Below the pieces are notes generated by a model. The model made no database searches and had not been told where the DNA came from. It was given only the letters and a program-made list of their open reading frames with translations. DNA of 64,000 nt from Macrostomum lignano (taxonomy: Eukaryota), in NCBI GenBank assembly GCA_002269645.1, contig NIVC01000511.1:26125-90124 (forward strand), read 5' to 3'. Below are positions 53,660 to 64,000 of this stretch, in pieces (position 1 is the stretch's first letter; each line of letters starts with the position of its first letter). A program made the position numbers and the translations under genes.

Positions 53660-54870
53660 CTAGAGTTCCCGTTCCTGCAGCTCAACTGCAACGGCATCCG
53701 TAGCCGCTATACGAAACTAAGCTCCCGGCTGGAAACTGCGCGTCCTGGGGCAGTCCTCCCTCAAGAGACTAAACTCAGGCCATCCGAGAAATTCCGCCCA
53801 CCTCCGTGCTATGTCATACGATTCCATCCGCAGCCTGCAGGCCCGGCTCACCGGCATCCTATCCAGCCAATCGCCGCCCACCAACTGAGACCGGATCTAT
53901 CAATGCCACCGATACCGCCGGGCCCGAGCCCACCTCCCAACCTGAGCTGGATCCTGCAAGCGATGCGTCCCCAACTACCGCGCCCACTGGTGCAGTGGAT
54001 ACCGTAGCCGCCTCAAATGTAGCAGGCGTGGCAGCTCGCCGAGCTCGGCAGTTCTACTATATGCGAGGAGCCCATCTATAGTGCTCGTTAGAAATGATAT
54101 CTGTTATAGCACCGTGGACTGCGGCGCGTCGAGTGACAGCACCGACAGAGCCGCGTTCTACTTATTCCGTTTACATCCTACCTATCAGCACCCAGCGCAG
54201 TGCCCGGAACAGCGCCATCATCGGCGGAGATTTCAACGCCCACGGCTCTTGGAACTCGCACATTGACGAGGACAGACAGGGGTAAGACACATTAAGGAAT
54301 GGGCGGCTAGAGCCGGCCTAGCCATCTACAACTCCCTAGCCCACACGAGAACCTGCCCGGCCACAGGCAAGCAAAGTGCGCCAGATATCACCTGCGTCTG
54401 TCGCCTATTCAGAGCCGAGAGTCGAGCGGGACTGCGAGAGCGATCAACTTCCGATCAGCTTTCACATCTCGGCCCCCACCAGCAGAGATGGAGGGGCCCG
54501 ACTCGCTGGAACTACCGAAAAGCCGACTGGGCCACCTTCAGATCTCAGCTTTAGAAGTGCTAGCTCACGACCCCGGACGAGGCAGCGGACCGCTTCTGCT
54601 CCGTCATCCTCAAGGCGGCCCAGGGTGCTATCCCGAGGGGCAGCTGCGCCGGCCGCCGCGCCCCCTTCTGGAACGAGGCGTGAACAAGGCGAAGACCTGC
54701 AGCAAAGTCCATGAGGCCCAGGAAGAATCGCTGAAACCCCTGTGCTCGGACTGCGACGAGGAGGACACCCGAGCACCACCTCCTCTATCACTGCCCTCGG
54801 GAAGACCCTGTCCGTCGCGCTCACCTCCTCGACCTTGGCGACGCGAACTCATCAGTGGCCAGTGACCTTT
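53660..54870 (+). mobile_element. Degenerate non-LTR retrotransposon (LINE) ORF2 5' part: APE endonuclease
   Basis: FLQLNCNGI...QETKL, IIGGDFNAH...W, SDQLPI, RWNYRKADWATF; frameshifted and interrupted by a ~260-bp insert at ~53822-54080. Confidence 0.8.
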
Positions 54871-55508
54871 CCCCGACTGACAAGTTTGCGCGTTTGTGAA
54901 AAAAATTTGCCTGAGAATAGCCTGAGCATTCGCGCTAATAACTATGAGCTCTTATGCGAGGAGCTGAAAAAATACTTCAGCGCGTTTATGAGAATGCGTG
55001 CTCATGCATGCCACCCTGACTTGCGCCTGAAAGACAGGGCTGATAAGTTCTTGGTAGACAGGGTAGGCAAGTGATCAGATTATTAAATCCACATGGGATA
55101 CAAAAGCAAGAGTATTGGGTAATACGATAGTTGTTTATTTAATTGACGCACGTATTAGCAAATTAGTAACGAGTTTACTAAGCTTCAACTCTTCTGGTGA
55201 AACACGAATTGTGTAAATCAAGAAAGTATTTAATATTACAGAACAATTTGATAGGACGTTCAATACAGCTTTTTTATGCTTCTCCGAGTCTCAGGCATTG
55301 TATCAAATAATATCTGAGACAATAGTATAGTTTTCCCCTAAATTTTCTGCTTCTGAAAGCGATTACTTTCTATTTTGCTAAGCGGGCCATTAGCTACATT
55401 ATTTCTGATGCTGTACAATGACAGTGCCAGTCAGCGCAGTGTTCGATGACCACTGGATTGAGCTGGATTAAATCGTGCATCACAACTAAAAAAGTGCCTG
55501 CCATTCAC

Positions 55509-58500
55509 TCAAAGGCCCATCTGACTGGCCAGGCGGCTCTGCTGCAGCAGTATCATTTTCAGTTCGTCCTTGCTGATCTTGCCGTCGTGATTGACGTCCC
55601 ACTGATCAAGGATGACTTTCTTGAAGAACAGCATGTCCTGAGCGTCATAGTCCTGCGAATCGAAGTATACGAGTATATAGTCATTAGTTGTTTAATTTAG
55701 CAGCAATTTGCTCCAGAGGTTTAGCATTGTCTCACAACCGGCGAGAGGCACTACTGCCGATTCCGCCGACTCCCCTGAGCAGGCACACAAGCGCGCGGAT
55801 ACGTACGCAGTCATACGCACAGGCACACACTCACATAATAAAAAAAATTAATTGATTACACCTGCCCTAATGGGCAGATGTGCAACCGACAGCTCAGCCG
55901 CAGCTATTGCACACATTCATTTTACAGCTGGGAGAACTGAAGCAATGCAGAGTTAAGTGTCTTGCTCAAGGACACAAATTGTTCCAGTAGGATCGGGAAT
56001 CGAACCCCCGACCTTCAAGTCGTGAGTCCGACGCTCTAACTACCAGGCTACAACCCCAGCTCACAGCTTACACACTCACACAGGAGTGCACAGCGGCCCT
56101 AACTTATTTATCGTTAGGCATGTACACTTCACTGTGCCCTGGGGGTTGGCCCTCAAGGCCGTTAATTGCACGTGCAAAGCCAAGCCCAAATTAATGTGAC
56201 TGTACTTGGAATCGAGCCTGGGCCGTTGGCACGTGAGAGCGCCGCGCCAGACCACTGGGATACATCGATATGATCGATATCGATGAGAAAATTAATACCC
56301 AAAATCGACTGACTTATACCCAACGGCGTACTAATAGGGGTATAAAAACCTGCTACAAACCCTAGATGCCCCTTCGAAGCTTCTATAAATTTATTTTTAA
56401 CATAAGCCGCTCGCGCACTGGCTCACTTACCTCTTGGGCCAACTCCAGCAAATCCTTCAGGAACCCTTGCAGCTCCTCATTTTCAATGCAGCCGTTTTTA
56501 TCCTAAAATTAATTTTTGCTGTAACAGTTACTGCCCGAGAGACTGTTTTGGCCTGTCAAGCTGTCCAGCAAAGACTTCCGCTCACCCTGTCGTACAAGTT
56601 GAACACGCGATCAATGTCATTGCTGTTGATGCGGTTGGCATTCTGAAATTCGTTTTCCAAGAACGTCGGCGTGCTCTTACATAAAAGTTGGGAGGGCTTA
56701 ACGAGTTAAACTCGCAGCGTCATACCTTGAAAATCGGTCGGCATAGGTAGTTCTCTTTCACTGGCAAAAGCCTGCAGGAGTCAAGTTACAATTTGGCATA
56801 ATATTGCCAGCTAGTTTGAGCACTAATTAGTAAACTGCAGGCTACTCACTTGGCCATCTCGCTAAGCTGCAGTTTGCCGTCGCGATTCTGATCAAACAGC
56901 TGCAGCTGAAATGGACATCAGATGCCTGAGAGCTTCATCAGAAATGACTCAGAAAGGGGATCCGACCAAAGCGCACAATGAGCTTGTAAAATGGGGTATC
57001 ATATCGACCACATTTTAAGCCCCACTTCCCGACTGGGAAGGAATACATAGATTAGTTCACGCCCATGCTAATCGCTGCCGACTGTGTAGGGAAGGGGAAC
57101 TAATGAAGCTGTGTGTGGCTTCGGCAAGACTTTAAGGGTGAGGCTTCATCAGGAAACTCGGCGCGGGAAGGCGCGAGCACGCACAGAATGCATCGCTGCG
57201 GATGCTTCGTCTCACGTCAGCCCGAATCCTCATCTCTGCCTTACTGCTAATCTGATCCCTGCAATCCCTTCACATGTAATTCTTTCTCCCCTTCTGTCTC
57301 TTTACCTGAAGCAATTCAACTTTCACACATATTTATTATCGCCACCTCTGTCTCATAACATCTGTAATATTCCATGGAATCCAGTTGCAATGCATTCCAA
57401 CGTGTGCATATGATTCTTGAGTTTATGGAGTTTTCAGCACCATACGCGTAAAGTTACGCAAAACAGTCAAATTTACCAGATGGTATTTTAGAAAAAAAAT
57501 GGAACTACAGCTTGTGAAAAATTTAACCGACAAGCGAAAAGAGGTGCCCGAAGGCGGAATTGAGAAGCCACGAGGAGAGAGAAAGGCACGATGTAAAATC
57601 GCACACACTAAGTACATCCTGGGGTGGCAGGCACAGGGCAGAGAGGCGGACGAGAAGGGACACGGGGTAGAGTGGAAAGCGCACGATGTACATTCGCTAA
57701 CTCGCTCTGTACAGCCCGGGGTGACAGACACGGGGTAGAGAGGAAAGCGCACGACGTACATTCGCTAACTCGCTATGTACAGCCCGGGGTGACAGGCACA
57801 GGAATGAGAGGTGAACGGGATAAGGCCGGGCGAGAGAGAGAAACGCGCACAGTTTCGCAGAAAAAAGTGATTGAATTAAAAAGTCTCATACCATAGTGCT
57901 GGTGTACTCCAGGAGTTTGTCCTCGCTGACGCAACGATCGGCGCAGTCGAGAATGTGCTTGAGAAAGTCCTGCAAGAAAGACAGTGTTAGCAAAAGTAAC
58001 CGCAGAAAAGTGAACATTTAGGAAATATAGACACAGCAAAAGGCAAATAGTTGATTGACTTATAACGGAGTTTTCCATACGCTTACACGAAGTTCATCAG
58101 CCTCAATATAGCCCGAGTGGTCCTTGTCGAACTGCCTCCAAATCTGAAAAGTTTGTGAAATTGGATACAATAAAAGTGGCCAGACTTTCCCCCCCCCGCC
58201 AACAGCAGTCAACTTCGCACAGACTTCTCTGCGCTGAAACTTTCCAAATTCCTAATCTAATCATAAGCAGAGCCAAATTGAAGCATGGGTAGAATTTTGA
58301 AAATTTTGAAACTTTTTTGTAAATTCGAGTGAATTGAATTTGAAGAAAGAGGCGGTTGAAAACCCAGGAATATTTCTTTTAGTTGGAAGCAGAGTTGTTA
58401 ATCAATACTCTCGACTTATTGCCGAAAGTACTTTAAATCGAGTGCCTTCAAGCATGGCTGCCGCACAAGATAATGAATAGGCAATTCAAAAGCCATGTTT

Positions 58501-61500
58501 ATGTAGCTATTCATTTGAAAGACAGTTTTTTGCTAGACCTCCCTCTTCCTGTCAGGCTACAGATGTAGCTAGGCGTCTAAATTCGCAGATTACTCGTATG
58601 GTAGTGTTGCTCATGAACAACACAAATATAGGGACGATTGTGCGAATTTGACTGAAAGCCGGTGTTTGCTGAACTGTGGCAGAGCGGCGCTCTTGAGCAG
58701 GAGACACTGAAGCAGTTGCTATTTGCCGTCATTTTCTACATCGGAAAGCATTTCGCGCTCCATGGCGGGACCGAACTGCATGCTCTGGAGCACAACAAGG
58801 ACATCGTTGTATGCTCCGATGTGCAAGGCGAGTGTCTCTTGTTTAGGGAACAAAGGGCCAAAAAGACGAAGAATCAAGGTCTGAAGCTCAAGCGTGATTC
58901 TTCTCGCGAGATGCGTGCGTACCACGCGCCTGATCACTTGCGTTGCTTGCCCTGTTCGTACAAAGCCTACGATGCTAAAGGACCTGATGCATGCAGTGTG
59001 ACAAATCTGTTTCTGGGCTACGTCGTTATGATACGATCGAGCGTCCAAGTTAGCAAGTGGTACCAAAATGTTCCGCTAGGTCGTCACACACTGGACGGAG
59101 TTGCCAAATCGCTGACGGCTGGCCACGAGAATTCTGCTGTAGGTTCACAAACCAATCGCTCCGAAAAACATACGCCACCACGCTGCATCAGGCCACCAGG
59201 ACATCAGGCTGCTGATATAGCGCGTATCTCAGGTCACTCTAGCAGTGAGAGGTACACATCGCTTGACACACGTGACCATCTACAGATTTCTGGGACACTT
59301 CAGCTCACAGTGGCTATTCAAAACACTGATGACGAGCCGACAGGCGCTTCCACTTCTTTAACGACCGATGCAGTCTCTAGAGAAGTGGCTGGCTCTTCCG
59401 AGAATATGAATATTGTCGCTAATGATGAGACTGTCACCATTACTTGGGAGGGATTTTTCGCTGGCTTTTTGCTATGATCCAATTATTATGACTATTCCGG
59501 CTTTCTCTATTCCTATTCCTACTTACTCCCGGTTTTCATTCGAGATGTTTAGCTATGTTTTACGACTATGGACCATATACAGAGAGAATATGGTCCATAT
59601 AATTGGCCTCATTTTCAGGCCCGATATATCATACAATTGGCTTTTTTGAGTCCCGATGTATGAGACCAGGTCATAGACAATTAAAAATTGAGACTTCCTA
59701 CAAAAAATATAAGCCATGATGAACGCAACATTAGAGTGTTTCGTTAAAAGAAAACATGCCTTTTTCGCGGGAGCTATTTTCATAAATCACGAGGGCCTTC
59801 TGAGGCGGCTTGAACGAGAAGGAATTCTGGAGTCGTGGCTTGTGAGCGAAACCTCACTCGCACGGGTTTTGTAGCAAAAACTGGCCTCCAGTCAAAGTTT
59901 TGCACGATGATTTTTGAGTTGCAGCGTACTTCTACTTTAGTTGTGCATGCCGCTTCATCAGTATGTTTATCAGTGTGTTTAATCAGGCGCATCCTTTTCC
60001 AGAAAGTGTCACGCAAGCCAACAAAGATGGTAAACAGATTTGAGTCTGTTTGAGGCGCGTTGTCGCTTCGCTGCTATTCATATCGCTATACTGATAGTGT
60101 TCTTTATAGCTTTGCGAGGCAGGCAGCAGTGAACGCGTCCGACTCTCGCACCTCCACCATTGGTTCGATTCCGTGCTCAGCTGCATGATTTGGGGCTTTT
60201 GAGCACGAAAATTGTCCGGGGGGCTTGTCCTGCGATTCACAGCCATGAGGACCAACCCCAAGGCACAGAGAGTGTACATGCCCGATGATTAGAAAGTCAG
60301 AGCCACTGGTACACCCTGTGTGAGCGTGTGTGTGAGTGCGTGTCTGAGTACAGTAGTGCTCAGGAGTTAGCGGAGTGGGCCATCAAAAACCCGAAAAATC
60401 ACAACACTTCCCATCATAAACCCGAAATATCATAACTCCGAACTTGCTAGCAACGCGCATCATCAACCCGAAAACCATAATAGCGCTGGGACATTGCTAG
60501 AACTTTCGGAGTTATGATATTTCGGCTTTGTGATGGAAAGCGCTTTTTGGGTTTGTGACTTTTCGTGTTTTTGATGCCCCCTGTGGGACGAGAACTGACA
60601 CTTCTCATCTTTTAGCTGCATCCAGTTAGCCGTAGTCGGGGATTTCTAGCGCTTGCTAAGTCGACAGTCAAACCCATTCCGCTGGCCTCTGAGAGCGCAC
60701 ACAAATGCAGGTCAAAGACGACTAAAGCATATGAACTAGGATATTTTTTTCTTTGAAATATTTGAAGGCTGACTTTATGCGAATAATATACTACCAAAAT
60801 ATGAGTTCTTTCTTTCTATTCACAAAGATGACAGACCTATTCTATCTTGATGTGTATTTTCGATAATTTTCTAAGAAACGAATTTTCCTGCCCTTCTACT
60901 TGAGCCGTCCTTGAAGCAGTCACATAATCTTACACGTGAAAGCAATTATTTTAGTAGGCTCATCAGCAAATTCTGAAGTATTTTTTATTAGAAGCTAAAC
61001 TGAATAGTCAGTGAATAAATAGTAGGACTTCTAGGCTTCTAGGTAGGCAGGCTGTTTAGAGAAACTATTAGAAGTGACCTGCAACAAGTGCATTGGCGAG
61101 CAGCCTGATGGAGAAGAGCGCCCAGGCCTCGCCTCTCTTACCCGCATGAACTCCACGCTCGAGTCCACAGGGTTGTTCCGGCGGAACAGCAGCAGGAAAT
61201 TCTCCTCAGTTGGCAGGATCTGCGAGAGCTGCAATGAGCGGTCAGCGGCCAGACTGTCAGCATGGAATAGCAAAGTAGAAGAAAATGAAGGCTGTGGGAC
61301 CGGGGCTTTGCACTGACGAAACGGTCCTGATTCCCAAAAGAGAAAGACTGGATCATTTATTTTCCTTCTACGAGCTATATTTTCCACTAGAAGGCATGCG
61401 GGCTGCCTGTCGGAAAAGTCAGCTGCATCACGAATTTGTTGCTCAACATCATCATCATAAATAAGAATGACATCAAAGTCAATGCTTTATGGCTAATGTT

Positions 61501-62912
61501 AAGCCAGAGAAAAGCAAATCTTACCTCGCCGATTTCAATCTTTCCATCGTAGTTCTCGTCGAAAGCGTCCATAAAGTCTCGCTTCATGGCCGCTAGAGCG
61601 GTCTCGGAGATGACCTGCGGACAAGTGGGCGGGGCGGGGCGCTTCGCGTCTGCACTGAGCGTATTTGAATACGCAGGGTTGAGCATGGACAACACGCTGC
61701 TTGTATCCGCCTTTTAAATCAGAGAAAAGTGCGTAGGTTAAAAGAAAAAGCAGTGCTAATAGTCGAATCCGAGTTGTTTTTTGTGGCTGCACGTGATCCT
61801 CGATGCGATCCGCCCTTTTAGCCAAGCCCGAGGTGATAAAGGAAGAATAGAAATGGACAAATCACGCTTGAAAGATGCAGAAAATGAAAACATATTGACT
61901 AAAACGCTTTGGAGAGACCAGGTAAGTCTCACCTCTGGTCCGATGTCCTCCGTTACCACTGACGAGATGAACTCGCGCAGGAACTCGTCCAGCTCTTGGC
62001 CCTCAATGAATCCGTTTCCTGCGAATGGAAGGGGCATTGGAGGCTACTTATCAGCACAGCTCAAAGCGGATCATACCTATGGCTTGACAATATGCATATG
62101 ATTTTCACGAACAGCTTCACATGTAGCAAGTTAGAATGCGTAATGATATTGGGCCTACAGTAAACCGTGAGCTAGAATACGCTGCCCCAGAAGCGTTGCT
62201 TTTTCTGATATCCTGCTCCGGGGACTTGGGCAGAGTAATTGCCCGACAGACTCCGTCCGTTGTTCTGTCTGGAGATATCTGTTTTCTGGATAAGCCATGG
62301 CAAAAATTATCTTCCTTCTGCTCGCTCATGTTGCATTTGCTCTGCTAAGCCTGGCCTTTCTCAGCTGCTTTCTTTTGCTTTTTCATGCATTTCATGCTTC
62401 TCAAAATAAGGATTCTTGATAAGCTCATGATTGATGGACAATCGAGGTTTGCTTGTTTTGCTTTGCTTCAGGGCAGATTCGAACATTCGCCACAAAAATG
62501 GCACTAATCTGATTTGAAATTATGCAGGATCTAACTTTTAAGTTTGTACGAGTATCTCCACTTCCTATTTGTTGGAAATACTACTTTATACAGCTTGTGT
62601 TTGGAGGAGTTGGAATAGAGACGTCATAAAGTAGGCTGTCTGAGGTTTGAGTGCAGCAGAGAGTCGAATGTCTAAGGATTAGGTAACCTCAGAGTAGGCC
62701 ATCAAGGTGGCCACGCGGTGACTCTCACCATCTTTGTCGTAGTGGCTCCAGACCTCTGCAAACTGCGTGGCAGTGAAGTTCTTTAGTCGACGCGTGTTCT
62801 GGTCGCGAAACTGGGCCAGGAAATTAGCTCGTTGATTCTGCCGCTGCTGGGAGATCGTCCCGACATTACGCAGCGACGGTATTGCTCTTGCTGGGCGCTC
62901 TGCTATGCTCAA
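55509..62912 (-). CDS. Cbp53E: Hexa-EF-hand calcium-binding protein, calbindin-32/Cbp53E (calretinin/secretagogin family)
   Basis: Exons ~62912-62729 (NFLAQFRD...WSHYDKDG), 62018-61933, 61614-61525, 61228-61142, 58143-58087, 57969-57892, 56905-56850, 56771-56726, 56642-56586, 56502-56431 and 55652-55509. All GT-AG with matching phases; six EF-hand loops (DKDGNG, DENYDG, DKDHSG, DQNRDG, DRDKNG, DVNHDG). Start codon unresolved. Confidence 0.92.
55835..56057 (-). mobile_element. tRNA-derived CORE-type SINE, copy 2 (internal ~90-bp deletion)
   Basis: Closely similar to 32759-33071 in head, CORE and tail. Confidence 0.85.
56058..56264 (-). mobile_element. Second SINE family with tRNA-Glu(CTC)-like head
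   Basis: - strand CGGCGCTCTCAC...CGGCCCAGGCTCGATTCC resembles tRNA-Glu(CTC); the body matches 60230-60335 in the opposite orientation. Confidence 0.65.
58662..59477 (+). mobile_element. Crypton-type tyrosine recombinase (DUF3504) relic, antisense in a Cbp53E intron
   Basis: LWQSGAL...[22 protein letters not shown]...FRE...KTKNQGL...[10 protein letters not shown]...[12 protein letters not shown]...[10 protein letters not shown] follows the DUF3504 motif order; catalytic Arg and HxxR are degenerate. Confidence 0.8.
60110..60376 (+). mobile_element. Second-family SINE copy, inverted relative to 56058-56264
   Basis: B box GGTTCGATTCC at ~60161; body GCCATGAGGACCAACCCCAAGGCACAG-AGTGTACATGCC aligns to the 56.1-kb copy (roughly 75% by eye). 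Confidence 0.55.
60377..60580. mobile_element. MITE-like foldback element (~200 bp)
   Basis: Imperfect arms of ~75-85 bp, including CCGAAATATCATAACTCCGAA / TTCGGAGTTATGATATTTCGG and ends GGGCCATCAAAAAC / GTTTTTGATGCCCC. No TSD seen. Confidence 0.65.
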
Positions 62913-64000
62913 TCAAATATGCCTGTTCTGCAGGAGAATACACTCCCTAGCTCTTTCCTTCTGCGCTGTTGACTGTCGCTTTTAAAAAGCAGTCCCACTG
63001 AGCTACCGAGCTCCCAAGGTCTGCCCACTCCTGAGGAGCTGTCGCGGACCAATTAGGTCTCGAATTGGACGCCTCCTCCCCCCCTCTCTCTCTTTCTGGC
63101 CCCGCTGCGTACAATGCGCTCTAGCTGTCGGCACATTTCTCCCGATCAGACTCAAATTACTGGCTTATCTCCCCCTAAATGTCCCAAGACTCCCAACCGG
63201 TGTTGCGCCTCAGCAGCAAGCAGGCAAGTAGTTGAGATGGTCCTGAAAGTCCTGGCCAAGATGCTGCTATCAAAAGTAGCTTACGAACGTTCGTCTAACA
63301 CATAATGAGGCGGGTCAGAAAGTTTGAGTCGCGTTAGTGGCGCGATATAGGGAAGGAATTTATTCTAACGGCTGGCAGAGTTGAGGAGAGAGAATTTAGG
63401 GAGTAGCGCACAGAAGTGTTTCTGTACTCAAGCGCACAACAGCTGCGATATCCCTTCGTGAGACTTCTGGCCGTCTCGCTTTGCTCCCACAGAACTCCTT
63501 GGCAGTGTGCATTTCAGAGTTCATATTAAGGGGCGACGCGATTCACCGTGCGCAGCAGCAGAAGAACTTGTGCGGACTCAATCTGCGAGCTCTGTGCACT
63601 TGCGGCCCGCTTTTGGCCCTGAAGAATGCACTGATTGGAATGATAGGCTCACTAATTGCAGTCTGGTATCTGCCTCTGCCTGTCCTCTTATTTATTCAAT
63701 CTCTGCCTCTGTTGGAGCAGTCTAATTCTCAATGTAGTGGTGGTGGCAGTTGTGCCTCTCGCATCAAAATACCCGAAGGTTTTTTCGTGCGATTGCCGTC
63801 CGTACGGCGCCAAGCTTCATGGCGCAGAGTGTGCAACATTCCAGTGACTGTCGATTATCTTCAAAGATCGATGTATATGTACTTTTGAAACTCGCAGGCC
63901 ACAAGAGATCTATGCAAAATATCGACCAAGGCTTCTATTGATTGAGCAGTATGAAACAGATCTTTTTCACGTTTCGAAATTCTCGTCAGGGAGCATCAGG

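Overview
Eukaryotic (invertebrate metazoan) genomic DNA with GT-AG introns. The repeat load and gene style are reminiscent of a free-living flatworm such as Macrostomum (inference only). I reconstructed five spliced host genes by hand: the 3' end of a collagen XV/XVIII (multiplexin; trimerisation + endostatin domains, + strand), an RZ-family RGS (RGS17/19/20-like, -), a complete TMEM59-like gene (-), a complete insulin receptor substrate gene (PH-PTB-YxxM, -) and a calbindin-32/Cbp53E-like hexa-EF-hand gene (-). About a fifth of the window is tandem repeat, and nearly all long ORFs in the supplied track are repeat artefacts. Mobile DNA includes a ~1 kb P-element-like THAP element (26-bp TIRs, 8-bp TSD) into which a 9.07-kb Ty3/gypsy element (4-bp TSD) inserted. 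The LTRs of that gypsy element carry a captured copy of their own tRNA-Leu primer-binding site. Also present: a Penelope-like fragment with two inverted hammerhead ribozymes, two Crypton/DUF3504 relics, a mariner relic, two LINE fragments, two tRNA-derived SINE families and a MITE-like foldback. All calls come from manual reading, not database searches.
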